DNA of 40,000 bases, taken from Candidatus Fonsibacter sp. (GTDB taxonomy: Bacteria > Pseudomonadota > Alphaproteobacteria > Pelagibacterales > Pelagibacteraceae). The notes below the pieces were generated by a model, which did no database searches, was not told the DNA's origin, and saw only the letters and a program-made list of their open reading frames with translations. Positions 1 through 9,939 of this stretch are shown one piece after another. The stretch covers positions 208,975 to 248,974 of the forward strand of contig CAXNKS010000001.1 in NCBI GenBank assembly GCA_964203055.1. The letters run 5' to 3'. Position 1 is the first letter of the stretch, and the number at the start of each line of letters is the position of its first letter. The position numbers were made by a program, and so were the translations under genes.

Positions 1-789
1 AAAGGAGAGCATAATATTCATTTAGCTGCATGTGTTGAGCTTATTCATAGCGCAACTTTACTACATGATGATGTTATTGATAACAGCTCCGTAAGAAGAG
101 GTAAAAAAACTTCGAATGTTATTTGGGGAAATCAAACCTCTATATTAGTCGGAGACTATTTCTTGAGCAGATGTTTTGAAATTATGGTTGATGTTGGCTC
201 TTTAGAAGTTTTAAAATTACTATCAAATGTGTCTGCAGAAATTGCTCAAGGTGAGGTACTTCAGCTTCAGCACAAAAACGAAGTAGATATTACTGAACAG
301 GTTTATTTAAATATTATAACGCAAAAAACAGCTTCATTATTTGGTGCCGCAATGAAAGTGGGTGGTTGTCTTGCAAATAAATCTGAAAATGAAAAAAAAG
401 CATTACAATCATGTGGAGTAAACCTTGGTATCGTATTCCAAATCAGTGATGATATTTTAGATTACAATTCTACCAAAGTATTTGGAAAAGATATCGGTAA
501 TGATTTTTATGAAGGCAAAATTACTTTACCAATAATTATTTTGTTCCAAAAATCAAATGAAACTGAACGTGAACAAATTAAGAAATATTTTACTCAAGAA
601 ACAAGAACTGAAGAAGAGTTAAATAAAATTTTATCATTAATGCAAAAGTACGATGTAATTACTATTTGCAAAAAAAGAGCAGAGCATTTTTCAAATATAT
701 CTGCTGACTCTTTAAATATATTCAAAGATTCTGATATTAAAAAAAATCTTCAAGAACTATCTTTTTATTTAATTAATAGGTCGAATTAA
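1..789 (+). CDS. ispB: Polyprenyl (octaprenyl-type) diphosphate synthase, N-terminus cut by window edge
   Basis: Frame 1 is open from base 1 (KGEHNIHLAACVELIHSATLLHDDVIDNSSVRRGKK...), giving the first Asp-rich motif LLHDDVID. The second Asp-rich motif FQISDDILD lies in the listed ORF 163..789. This is trans-prenyltransferase architecture. Confidence 0.85.
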   Translation, partial: KGEHNIHLAACVELIHSATLLHDDVIDNSSVRRGKKTSNVIWGNQTSILVGDYFLSRCFEIMVDVGSLEVLKLLSNVSAEIAQGEVLQLQHKNEVDITEQVYLNIITQKTASLFGAAMKVGGCLANKSENEKKALQSCGVNLGIVFQISDDILDYNSTKVFGKDIGNDFYEGKITLPIIILFQKSNETEREQIKKYFTQETRTEEELNKILSLMQKYDVITICKKRAEHFSNISADSLNIFKDSDIKKNLQELSFYLINRSN

Positions 790-1264
790 GAATATAAATG
801 GTGCTATTTAAATATAGCGCAAACGTCGACCAGGCAAAATAAGGAAGCATTAGCAAAACGGAAGGCTTGCTGTATTTTGAATATAAAACCATCAAATATA
901 AAATAAAAAAAATAATGATCGAGATTATAAAGCTCGCAAGAAAAATTTGCTTATAATAGAAAAATACATAACTCCAACTTGCATTAATTAATAAATGAAT
1001 AAAATAAATTGCTAAAATTTTATTTGAATGTTTGCTTTTTTTATAAGCAAGCCAAACTGCAACTGACATCATTACATAAAGCAATGTCCACACTGGTCCA
1101 AAAATCCAATTAGGAGGATTAAATGCTGGCTTTACTAAATTATAATACCAAGGATCTAATGCTGCTCTTGTTACTAATCCTGCTGGAAAAGTTATTAAAA
1201 AAGTAGCTGCAACAATTACAAATAAACTTAAGTAGCCTTGTGATTTCGATTTAGATTTTTCCAT
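773..1264 (-). CDS. tspO: TspO/MBR tryptophan-rich sensory protein (five-TM tetrapyrrole-binding family)
   Basis: 163 aa and hydrophobic, with family-typical WYxxLxKPxxxPPxWxFxPVWTxLYxxM (WYYNLVKPAFNPPNWIFGPVWTLLYVMM). Its 3' end overlaps the ispB 3' end by 17 nt. Confidence 0.85.
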   Translation of the reverse strand: MEKSKSKSQGYLSLFVIVAATFLITFPAGLVTRAALDPWYYNLVKPAFNPPNWIFGPVWTLLYVMMSVAVWLAYKKSKHSNKILAIYFIHLLINASWSYVFFYYKQIFLASFIISIIIFFILYLMVLYSKYSKPSVLLMLPYFAWSTFALYLNSTIYILNSTY

Positions 1265-1266
1265 TA

Positions 1267-1425
1267 TTAACTAGTTGCTTTAACGTAAAACAATGCAAGA
1301 GCCGCCAATATATGTCCGTAATAAGTTAAGTTTGTGAAAACTCTTAATATAAATTTATGATCATCTTTTATTTTAAGATAATCGCAAAGAACATTGCCTG
1401 GATTATAAAGTAACTCTAATTTCAA
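1267..1425 (-). CDS. Possible short ORF or gene remnant (about 52 codons from TTG; open stretch 1270..1446) ending 2 nt before the tspO ATG
   Basis: My own translation of the minus strand gives ...(L)KLELLYNPGNVLCDYLKIKDDHKFILRVFTNLTYYGHILAALALFYVKATS*. The TAA is at 1269..1267 and the tspO ATG at 1264. There is no ATG in the open stretch and I recognise no family. Confidence 0.2.
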   Translation of the reverse strand: MKLELLYNPGNVLCDYLKIKDDHKFILRVFTNLTYYGHILAALALFYVKATS

Positions 1426-1610
1426 ATAACTAGCTTTGTTTTGTAACTATTAAGAGGTCTATTGCTCACGAATCCCATATTCTTTTATCCAATGTTAAAA
1501 GTCAATTTTAGTAACGTTAGCAGGTTTAATCATATGAAAAACAAAAGTTTTACTGACCTTATAATTGCACACAAGAATGATATATCTAATTTAATTAAGT
1601 ATTTAAAAAT

Positions 1611-2375
1611 ATGAAATTAGGTTTTATTGGTGTTGGAAAAATTGCAACTTCAGTTGTTGAGGGAATTTTTAAAGCAAAAATAAACATTAAAGAAATAATT
1701 CTTTCGCCTAAAAATAAAAATAACGCAAGAATCTTAAAAAAAAAATTTTCAAGAATTAAAATCGCAAAATCTAATCAAGAAGTACTAGATAAATCTAATT
1801 GGATTGTTCTGTCGGTTACTCCAAAAGTTGGAAAACAGATATTAGAAAAATTAAAATTTAAAGCCAGTCACACAGTTTTAAATTTTATCTCCACCATCCA
1901 TAATCAACAATTAAAAAGCGTCATATCACCAGCTAAAAAGATATTTAAAATCGCACCTCTTCCTATGATTAAACATAATCTAGGTCCTATTATTGTTTAT
2001 CCAAAAAATAAAGTAATTGAGGGTTTCTTTAACAAACTTGGAAAAGTCATTGCAACAAGTAATGAAAAAGAAAATAAAAAATTATGGGTGATGACTTCAT
2101 TTATGGCAACCTATTTTGAAATATTTAATACCGCACATAAATGGTTTTTAAGAAAAGGAATTAACAAAAATAAATCTATGGAATATCTAATTCATTTATT
2201 TAAAGCTCTAAATAATGAAACTATAAAAAATTCAAACTATTCAATGGATAAAATGATTAAAGAATTTCAAACTAAGGGCGGTATTAATGAAGAGCTTTTA
2301 AACAAAGCAAAAAAATCTGGAGTATTTAAAAATTTAAATAAAGGTTTTGATAAAATTTATAACCGAGTAAAATAA
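1611..2375 (+). CDS. Pyrroline-5-carboxylate reductase-like NAD(P)-binding oxidoreductase
   Basis: N-terminal Rossmann motif MKLGFIGVGKIA. Size (254 aa) and C-terminal TKGGINEELL resemble the ProC dimerisation-domain motif. Assignment to proline synthesis is not certain. Confidence 0.5.
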   Translation: MKLGFIGVGKIATSVVEGIFKAKINIKEIILSPKNKNNARILKKKFSRIKIAKSNQEVLDKSNWIVLSVTPKVGKQILEKLKFKASHTVLNFISTIHNQQLKSVISPAKKIFKIAPLPMIKHNLGPIIVYPKNKVIEGFFNKLGKVIATSNEKENKKLWVMTSFMATYFEIFNTAHKWFLRKGINKNKSMEYLIHLFKALNNETIKNSNYSMDKMIKEFQTKGGINEELLNKAKKSGVFKNLNKGFDKIYNRVK

Positions 2376-2377
2376 TC

Positions 2378-3013
2378 TTAAGGATATAAAATTTCTTTTA
2401 CCCAACGAGATCCCAATTTTTTATATCTAAGTCTTTCATGAATTCTATTGTGTCCATCTAACCAAAATTCAACTTCATTTGCTTTTAAAGCAAAACCTGA
2501 CCAGTAAGGGGGCCTTGGAACTTTTTTATGACTTGGAAATTTTTTTTTATATTGTTGAATTCTATTCATTAAATCTGATCTAGATTCCATAGGCCTAGAC
2601 TGTATAGATGCCCAAGCGCCAATCCTGCTTCCATAGGGTCTTGAATTAAAATATTTGTCAGCAACTTTACCTGGAACTTTTGCAATTGAGCCTTCAATTC
2701 TTATTTGTCTTCTTATACTTTTCCAATGAAAACACATTGAAGCTTTTGGATTACTCTTCAATTCATTGCTTTTTTTACTATTCAAATTTGTATAGAAAAT
2801 AAATTCTTTATTAGTTAATCCTTTAAGAAGCACCATACGAACCGATGGCTGTTTGTTGCGATTAACTGTTGCAAGCGCTAGAGCATTTGGGTCATTAATT
2901 TCTGTTTTTTTGGCTTTTGCCATCCAAGTTTTGAACAGATCAAATGGATTTTTCTTATTTAAAAAACATGAATTGAGTCCAGCTTTGTTCGATTTATATT
3001 TTTTTTGATTCAT
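2378..3013 (-). CDS. pdxH: Pyridoxamine 5'-phosphate oxidase
   Basis: 211 aa with RMVLLKG, FYTNxxSxKxxEL, RQIRIEG, SRPxxSRIGAWAS and a C-terminal EFWxxGxxRxHxRxxY pattern typical of PdxH. Confidence 0.9.
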   Translation of the reverse strand: MNQKKYKSNKAGLNSCFLNKKNPFDLFKTWMAKAKKTEINDPNALALATVNRNKQPSVRMVLLKGLTNKEFIFYTNLNSKKSNELKSNPKASMCFHWKSIRRQIRIEGSIAKVPGKVADKYFNSRPYGSRIGAWASIQSRPMESRSDLMNRIQQYKKKFPSHKKVPRPPYWSGFALKANEVEFWLDGHNRIHERLRYKKLGSRWVKEILYP

Positions 3014-3046
3014 AAATAACTAAAAATACCTTATAAAATATATTTA

Positions 3047-4132
3047 ATGTCATTTAATACTTTTGGAAAGCTATTTAGATTTACTACATGGGGAGAATCC
3101 CATGGTCCTGCAATAGGCTGCGTGGTTGACGGCTGTCCGCCAAATATCCCTATTTCTGAAAAAGATGTTCAAGTTGAGCTTAATAAGAGAAGACCTGGCC
3201 AGTCAAAATTTGTAACTCAAAGAAAAGAGAAAGATCTGGTGCAAATATTATCTGGTGTGTTTCAAGGAAAAACTACTGGAACTCCAATATCAATGATCAT
3301 CTTTAATGAGGACACTAAGTCTAGAGACTATGAAAGTATTAAAGATAAATTTAGACCAGGACATGCTGATTTTACTTACTTTATGAAGTACGGAAACCGT
3401 GACTTTAGAGGTGGCGGGAGACAATCCGCCAGAGAAACTGCTTCGCGAGTTGCAGCTGGAGCCATTGCTAAAGTTGTTTTAAATAAATTACTTGGAAAAA
3501 AATTTTCCATAACTGGTGGAGTTATTCAAATTGGTCCACTGATGATTGATCGCAATCTTTGGAATGATAAAGAAATTAGAAAAAATCCTTTCTTTTGTCC
3601 TGATAAAGAAACTGTGCCTGTTTGGGAACAATACTTATTAGATATTAGAAAAGCTGGAAGTTCATGTGGTGCAATTATCGAACTTAGAGCAAAAGGAATT
3701 CCAGTTGGACTGGGCGCTCCTATTTATTCCAAACTTGATCAAGATATTGCTGCAGGACTTATGAGTATCAATGCGGTTAAAGGTGTGAACATTGGCGCTG
3801 GTATGAATGCTGCAAGCTTAACAGGTGAAACTAATTCTGATGAAATAAGATCTAAAAGCGGAAAAGCAAAATTTTTGTCTAATAATGCAGGTGGAATTTT
3901 AGGTGGAATTTCTACAGGACAAGAAATTATTGCATCGTTTGCAGTTAAACCAACATCTTCAATTTTAAACACTCGTGACACTATTGATACTAAAGGAAAA
4001 AATACAAAAATTTCTGTTCGTGGCAGACATGATCCTTGTGTTGGAATTCGTGCTGTTCCAATTGGGGAAGCTATGCTTGCATGCATTCTACTAGATCATT
4101 TGATGATGCACCGAGCGCAATGCGGTAACTAG
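3047..4132 (+). CDS. aroC: Chorismate synthase
   Basis: 361 aa. N-terminus [47 protein letters not shown] and RHDPCV are signature segments. Confidence 0.95.
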   Translation: MSFNTFGKLFRFTTWGESHGPAIGCVVDGCPPNIPISEKDVQVELNKRRPGQSKFVTQRKEKDLVQILSGVFQGKTTGTPISMIIFNEDTKSRDYESIKDKFRPGHADFTYFMKYGNRDFRGGGRQSARETASRVAAGAIAKVVLNKLLGKKFSITGGVIQIGPLMIDRNLWNDKEIRKNPFFCPDKETVPVWEQYLLDIRKAGSSCGAIIELRAKGIPVGLGAPIYSKLDQDIAAGLMSINAVKGVNIGAGMNAASLTGETNSDEIRSKSGKAKFLSNNAGGILGGISTGQEIIASFAVKPTSSILNTRDTIDTKGKNTKISVRGRHDPCVGIRAVPIGEAMLACILLDHLMMHRAQCGN

Positions 4133-4135
4133 TTT

Positions 4136-4873
4136 GTGATCCCATTAAAAGACGAAAACAGTACACTCTCTACTCCAATACTAAGTTACGCAATAATAGG
4201 CATTTGTGTTGTAGTTTTTTTAATACAAATAAGTTCTCCTGGTTTTGATAATGGACATTTATTTTATTCTTATGGAGTAGTTCCAACTTCACTTCTTGGT
4301 ATTGAGCCTTTACCAAATGATCTAAATAAAATTGATCCTTATCTTACTTTGATTACTTCAATGTTTATGCATGGAGGCTTTATGCATTTGATAGGAAATA
4401 TGCTTTATATGTGGATCTTTGCTGACAATATTGAAGATGATCTGGGAAAAGTAAAATTTATTTTATTTTATTTAGCATCAGGTGTTGCGGCTGCAATGAC
4501 TCAGGTTTATTTAAATGTAAATTCAACTATCCCTATGGTTGGAGCAAGCGGAGCAATCAGCGGAGTACTAGGCGCTTATATGGTCAGATATCCAAAGAAT
4601 AAAGTTTTAGTATTAATACCTTTGGGATTTTTTACTCAACTAGTGAGAATTCCTGCAATGTTTGTTTTGGGGTTTTGGTTTATCTTACAATTTATTAGTT
4701 CGAGTGGAAGCTCTGGTCAGGGTGGTGTTGCTTATGGAGCTCATATTGGAGGGTTTGTGTTTGGAGCTGCTGTGATGTTTTTCTTTGGAAACTTTTTAAT
4801 TCCTAAGAAAGCATTCTTTAAAGCTCTTAATGAAAAAGACGGTAAGAAAAAAAATCCCTGGATACAGGACTAA
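4136..4873 (+). CDS. Rhomboid-family intramembrane serine protease (GTG start)
   Basis: Multi-TM protein with HGGFMHLxGNM, catalytic GASGAISGVLGAY and downstream AHIGGF. Confidence 0.85.
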   Translation: MIPLKDENSTLSTPILSYAIIGICVVVFLIQISSPGFDNGHLFYSYGVVPTSLLGIEPLPNDLNKIDPYLTLITSMFMHGGFMHLIGNMLYMWIFADNIEDDLGKVKFILFYLASGVAAAMTQVYLNVNSTIPMVGASGAISGVLGAYMVRYPKNKVLVLIPLGFFTQLVRIPAMFVLGFWFILQFISSSGSSGQGGVAYGAHIGGFVFGAAVMFFFGNFLIPKKAFFKALNEKDGKKKNPWIQD

Positions 4874-4928
4874 GTTACCCACATAAAATAACAGCAAAAT
4901 TAGATGAATGTTCTCGTTTTGATTCCCT

Positions 4929-4954
4929 TTTGATTCCATTTTGAATCAAATTTT
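4929..4954 (+). terminator. Weak AT-rich hairpin plus T-run after the rhomboid gene
   Basis: tttgattc (4929-4936) pairs with gaatcaaa (4943-4950) and is followed by tttt. The stem has only two G:C pairs. Confidence 0.3.
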
Positions 4955-4986
4955 CTACTTTTAAGAGTGTATGTGGATACTTAAAT

Positions 4987-5730
4987 TTAAATCGTCATTC
5001 CACCGTCTAATGGGTAAACGACACCAGTAGAAAATGCTGATTCATCAGTTGCTAAATATGTGGCAAGGGCCGCCACCTCTTCTGGTTTTCCTAATCTTCC
5101 CATAGGCTGTCTATCGATAAAATCTTTTCTCGCTTTTTCAGGATCTTTAAAAGAATTAACTCTATCTTCCCATGAAGGGGTATGAACTGTTCCTGGAGCA
5201 ATAGCATTACATCTAATATTATATTTTAAAAAATCAACTGCGATAGATTTTGTGAGACCGATGACAGCTGCTTTTGTAGCTCCATATACAAATCTATCTT
5301 TAACTCCTTTAACGCTAGATACAACTGAAGCCATATTAATTATAACGCCTGATTTTTGATCTACCATTTTAGGAATAATGTTTTTAATCATTAAATACAT
5401 AGACCTAACATTTACATTAAATGAAAAATCCCAATCTTTTTCTTCACACTCTAGTATTGTCCCGTTATGAACAAACCCTACACAGTTAAAAAGAACATCA
5501 ACTTTAGAAATAGTATCTGCAAATTTTTTAATATCCGCAGCATTAGTTGAGTCTAAAGTATAAGTTTTAATTTTAGGATATTCTTTTGAAAGCTCTTCTA
5601 ATTTATTAGTTCTATTAATGTCTGTTGCAATAACGTTGGCTCCTTCTTTAAAAAATCGAATAGCTGTTTCTTTACCAATCCCCTGTCCCGCTGCAGTGAT
5701 TATTACGCTTTTATTTTCTAATCTTTTCAT
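4987..5730 (-). CDS. Short-chain dehydrogenase/reductase (classical SDR)
   Basis: 247 aa with TAAGQGIG cofactor motif and YGATKAAV catalytic Y-x3-K. Confidence 0.85.
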   Translation of the reverse strand: MKRLENKSVIITAAGQGIGKETAIRFFKEGANVIATDINRTNKLEELSKEYPKIKTYTLDSTNAADIKKFADTISKVDVLFNCVGFVHNGTILECEEKDWDFSFNVNVRSMYLMIKNIIPKMVDQKSGVIINMASVVSSVKGVKDRFVYGATKAAVIGLTKSIAVDFLKYNIRCNAIAPGTVHTPSWEDRVNSFKDPEKARKDFIDRQPMGRLGKPEEVAALATYLATDESAFSTGVVYPLDGGMTI

Positions 5731-5770
5731 TTAAATTAAATTTTATATTAAAAAAATTTTATAAAATTAA

Positions 5771-6559
5771 ATGTTAAATATCACAGATCCAGCTGAGGCA
5801 AGAAAAATTATTAGAGCTGATAAATACGATAAGCAAACAGCAGGTATTGCTGGAAAATATGTGCAAGGAAACATTTGTATATTGCCAAGTAAATACGCTC
5901 TAGATTTTGCAGCATTCTGTCAAAAAAATCCGAAACCTTGTCCGCTTATCGGTTTTGGAATTAAAGGTGATCCCCACTTAAAAGATTTAGGAGATATAGA
6001 CATTAGGACAGATGTTCCAAAATATAAAATTTGGCAAAATGGAAAAGTAGTAGATGAGCCTACTAATATTAAAAAATATTGGAATGATGATTTGGTAACT
6101 TTTGTTCTAGGTTGTTCGATGTCATTTGAATTGCCATTAATGGAAGCTGGAATTGAAATGCAGCACATAAAAAATAATACGACTGTTCCAATGTATAAAA
6201 CAAATATTGATTGTGAGCCTGCGGGACCTTTTAAAGGAAAATTAGTTGTATCAATGAGACCTTTGAATGCGGAAGATACTATAAAAGCAATTCAAATCTC
6301 CTCTCGTTTTCCAGCAGTTCATGGAGCTCCCATTCATCTTGGCGATCCTGCGCAAATTGGAATAAAAGATATTATGAAACCAGAATATGGCGATGCGCCA
6401 AGAGTAATTAAAAATAATGAAATTCCAGTATTTTGGGCTTGTGGAGTAACGCCTCAGTCTGTTGTTGAAAATTGCAAACCTGATTTTTGTATCACTCACA
6501 AACCGGGATCAATGTTAATTACTGATAAATTAAACAGCAGTCTTGCTGCAATTAATTAA
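5771..6559 (+). CDS. UPF0317/DUF1445 putative hydro-lyase (YcsI-like)
   Basis: 262 aa. Family-typical blocks are YVQGNICILP, FCQKNPKPCPLI, DIRTDVPKY, DDLVTFVLGCSMSFE, VVSMRP, HGAPIHLGDP, PVFWACGVTPQ and ITHKPGSMLITD. Confidence 0.85.
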   Translation: MLNITDPAEARKIIRADKYDKQTAGIAGKYVQGNICILPSKYALDFAAFCQKNPKPCPLIGFGIKGDPHLKDLGDIDIRTDVPKYKIWQNGKVVDEPTNIKKYWNDDLVTFVLGCSMSFELPLMEAGIEMQHIKNNTTVPMYKTNIDCEPAGPFKGKLVVSMRPLNAEDTIKAIQISSRFPAVHGAPIHLGDPAQIGIKDIMKPEYGDAPRVIKNNEIPVFWACGVTPQSVVENCKPDFCITHKPGSMLITDKLNSSLAAIN

Positions 6560-7266
6560 GATCCTAGAAAAACTCTTTTAACTTCTTTACTATCTACTAA
6601 ATCTTTTGAGGCTCCATCAATTACTAATCTTCCACTCTCAAGAATATAACCCCGATTGGCCATACTTAAAGCAAGTCTGACATTTTGTTCAACAAATAAA
6701 ATTGCAATTCCACGTTCTGCAATTTTTTTAAATATTAATTTTAAATCTTCAATTACTAATGGTGCAAGTCCAAGAAAGGGCTCATCTACCATTAATAATT
6801 TTGGCATTCCCATTAACCCTCTACCAATTGCAAGCATTTGCTGCTCTCCGCCTGACATAGTGTTTGCGATTTGACTTGAGCGATCTTTTAATTTTGGAAA
6901 AAAATTATAAATATCTTGCAAAGATTTCTCTCGTTCAGCTTTAGCTTTTTCATGATAAGCGCCTAATAATAAATTCTGTAATACTGTTAAATAAGGAAAT
7001 ACTCTTCTTCTTTCAAGAACATGAGAAATACCAACGCCAACTCTTTGATAAGTTTCAAACTTATGGATTGGAATATTATTGAAATCTATTTCGCCATTTT
7101 TAATTTTAATTAAACCACTGATACTATTAAGAACTGTACTTTTTCCAGATCCATTTGGCCCAAGCAAAGCTACAATTTCTCCTTCTTTAACGCTCAATGA
7201 AACATTCCAAATAACTTGGTAATCATCATAAGCAACGTCTATATTTTTTATATTAAGCAGCATCAA
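6556..7266 (-). CDS. livF: Branched-chain/hydrophobic amino-acid (HAAT) ABC transporter ATP-binding protein, LivF type
   Basis: Walker A GPNGSGKST, signature MSGGEQQML, Walker B LLMVDEP, and LivF-like C-terminus GYILESGRLVIDG...VFLG. Confidence 0.85.
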   Translation of the reverse strand: MMLLNIKNIDVAYDDYQVIWNVSLSVKEGEIVALLGPNGSGKSTVLNSISGLIKIKNGEIDFNNIPIHKFETYQRVGVGISHVLERRRVFPYLTVLQNLLLGAYHEKAKAEREKSLQDIYNFFPKLKDRSSQIANTMSGGEQQMLAIGRGLMGMPKLLMVDEPFLGLAPLVIEDLKLIFKKIAERGIAILFVEQNVRLALSMANRGYILESGRLVIDGASKDLVDSKEVKRVFLGS

Positions 7267-7979
7267 CTGTTCCTAAGTAAGCGTCTATCACTTGTGAATT
7301 TTGACTAATATTTTTTGGAATATCAAAAGCAATTCTTTTTCCTTGGTTAAGAGCAAGAATTCGGTCTGAAATATCCATGATAATTTTCATGTTATGCTCA
7401 ATGGTTACAACAGTTATTCCATTTTTTTTTAATTTTAAAACTAACTCCACAAGACCTGGAATAGTTCTTTGATCAACTCCTCCTGTCACCTCATCCATAA
7501 GTAATAATTTTGGATCTGTTGCCAAAGCTCTCGCAAGTTCTAATCTTTTACGTTGTCCTGTTGAAAGTTCCTTCGCATAGTGATGTCTTTTTTCAATCAG
7601 ATCTACAAAATCAATAATTTCCAAAGCTTTATCACGAGCAACTTTTAAATTTTTTTCTTTTACTAATGCTCCAACAATTACATTTTCTAATAACGTTTGA
7701 TCAGCAAAAGGTTTTAATTTTTGAAAAGTTCTACCAACTCCCATTCTACAAATTAAATCGGGTCTAATATTTGTAATATTTTTTTCTCTTAATAAAACTT
7801 GGCCTTTGTCTGATTTTGTAAATCCAGTAATCAAGATCAAATAATGTCGACTTTCCAGCTCCATTGGGTCCAATAACTCCTAGAATCTCTCCTTCTTTAA
7901 CGTCAAAAGAAATATCGCTATTTGCATGAATACCCCCGAATGATCTGCTTAAATTTTCAACTTTTAGTAAAATACTCAT
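7253..7979 (-). pseudogene. livG: HAAT ABC transporter ATP-binding protein, LivG type, split by one extra nucleotide near 7832-7835
   Basis: ORF 7764..7979 carries Walker A ([13 protein letters not shown]) and then leaves frame. ORF 7253..7873 resumes with [12 protein letters not shown]..., LSTGQRKRLE, LLLMDE and ...AYLG. Skipping one base in gat-cttg-att restores [14 protein letters not shown] (241 aa). Confidence 0.85.
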
Positions 7980-9001
7980 TTTGCTTTTTCTCTTTCTCTA
8001 AAAGATTTTGGAATAAGAGAAACAATTCCAGCGGGTCTAAATATACAAATGATAATAATTAAAACTCCATAAACAATTAAATCGATAGAATGTCCTGTGC
8101 CACCAAAATAAATTCTAGAAAATTCTGATATTGGGATTAAGATTACTGCTCCAATAATTGGACCCCAAATATTTCCAACTCCTCCCATTACTGAAATTAA
8201 TAAAACTAAAATCGATATATCAACATTAAACGCATTATTAGGATCAACAATTAAAACATATTGGGCATAGATACTTCCCATCGGAGCCATAATCATAGCT
8301 GAAATAATGAAAGCAATAATTTTGTATTTTGATACGTGAATTCCAAGACTTGATGCTGCATCGGATTGATCACGAATAGCTCTAAGTCGGTAACCAAGTT
8401 TAGATCTATTTAATAACCATACTAAAAAAAAGGAGCCAATGAAAAATATCAAAGAAATATAATAATAAGCAACCTTACTCTTGTGAAACTGCATTGAACT
8501 CCAAGGGCTGTCTCTATTAATTGGTATCCATAATCCTGATGATGAACCAACCTCAGGCCACCTTTGAAAAACAACTTGAAAACTTATGCCAATTAACAAA
8601 GTGGCAATTGCAAAGTAATGTCCTTTTAATCTTAAAATTGGAATGCCAATTAACATTGCAACAAATCCTGAAATTCCAATTCCTATTAAAATTCCAATCC
8701 AAGGAGTGATATGAAGTTTGACATAAAAATATGCAGTTGCATAAGCACCTATTCCGTAAAATATTGCATGGCCTAAACTGATTTGACCTGAAAAACCTGC
8801 AAGCACGTTCCAAGATTGCGCCATCACAGCATGCATAAAAATCATCATCATTAAATGGATTGCAAATTTAGACGGTGAAGTGAAAGGAAATAGAAGCAAA
8901 CCTAAAACAACAATACCAATTATAATAAGAGAATTTTTATTGAAATACCAAAGCGGTTCATTTTTAGCTTCTAATAATTTTTCTGAAATATTATTAATCA
9001 T
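7976..9001 (-). CDS. livM: HAAT ABC transporter permease, LivM type
   Basis: Multi-TM with [16 protein letters not shown] prefer the ATG at 9001 (MINNISEKL), 1 nt after the livH stop, over the listed upstream alternative start at 9037. Its stop overlaps the livG ATG (ATGA). Confidence 0.85.
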   Translation of the reverse strand: MINNISEKLLEAKNEPLWYFNKNSLIIIGIVVLGLLLFPFTSPSKFAIHLMMMIFMHAVMAQSWNVLAGFSGQISLGHAIFYGIGAYATAYFYVKLHITPWIGILIGIGISGFVAMLIGIPILRLKGHYFAIATLLIGISFQVVFQRWPEVGSSSGLWIPINRDSPWSSMQFHKSKVAYYYISLIFFIGSFFLVWLLNRSKLGYRLRAIRDQSDAASSLGIHVSKYKIIAFIISAMIMAPMGSIYAQYVLIVDPNNAFNVDISILVLLISVMGGVGNIWGPIIGAVILIPISEFSRIYFGGTGHSIDLIVYGVLIIIICIFRPAGIVSLIPKSFREREKAK

Positions 9002-9002
9002 T

Positions 9003-9872
9003 TTAATATCTTCCGAAAATTCCTTGTGGTCGCACAATCACTACAAATAAATAAACTGCAAAAACGTAAAGTAATTTAAATGACGGATCAATTAACAGTC
9101 CACCGACTGATTCAACAATTCCAATAATAATTCCTGCAATTAAACTTCCAGTAATACTTCCAAATCCACCAAGAGCAACTGCAACAAAAGCAAATAAAGA
9201 AAAGTTAACGCCAACATCTGGAAATACATAATAAAAATTTGAAAGCATTGAACCTGCAACTGCAACACAGCTAAGTCCTATTGCCCAGCCTAGTGCAAAC
9301 ATTTTATTTGATGGGATTCCTAAAATTTCTGCAGCTTGTCTGTCTTGAGCAGTTGCTTGTAATGCTGTTCCTGTTTCAGTTTTTGTTACAAATAAATAAA
9401 GTAAAATAAATGCAACAAGACAAACCAAACTTGCATATAATTGAGGCTGACCAATAAAAATCCCTGAAATTTCAAATTTACCTTGGATAATTGGATTTTT
9501 AATTGTTCTAAAATCTGGCGTGAAAAAAAATTGTGCAAGAGCTCTAATAGCAACGGCAAGACCAAATGTTGCGCAAATCTGCACCAACATTGTTGAGTTT
9601 AAAATCTTTCGAATAATAAAATAATGTGTTGCAACACCAAGTGCAGCCATTACTAAAATGGTAAGTGGTATTGAATAGATTGGATCAATTCCAAACAACA
9701 TCCAAAACCAGAAAGCAGAAAACATTGAAATCATTAAATGATCTCCGTGTGCAAAATTTACAATTTCCATTAAGACCAAAAATCAAACTTAGATCCAGCT
9801 GCAATTAAAGCGTAGATAAGACCCATCAAGAATTCCGCTTATAATTGCCTGCATTACAACTTGTGATGTCAT
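9003..9872 (-). pseudogene. livH: HAAT ABC transporter permease, LivH type, N-terminus broken by three single-base frame breaks
   Basis: The ATG at 9872 gives MTSQVVMQAIISGIL. The next frame gives MGLIYALIAAG, the next LSLIFGL, and the original frame then resumes MEIVNFAHGD (listed ORF 9003..9779). Skips at about 9827-9830, 9793 and 9771-9774 restore a 288-aa LivH. Confidence 0.8.
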
Positions 9873-9939
9873 TATTAAATCTTATGTTTACAATATTTTA
9901 AATTCGTAGCTAATCTATTTAAAAAAATAACGGAGATCT

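Noticed and set aside
9002-9037. The listed upstream start of the livM ORF (MCDHKEFSEDIK...), which overlaps the end of livH by 35 nt.
   Set aside because: It is a non-ATG start inside livH coding sequence. The ATG at 9001 sits 1 nt after the livH stop, matching the tight coupling seen at every other junction of this operon.
7832-9793. Frame-break sites coinciding with GATC (possible methylation-linked base-calling error or a Dam-type motif).
   Set aside because: Only two junctions (livG gatcttgat and livH ggatcta) contain GATC. The other twelve do not, and no GANTC-type motif recurs either.
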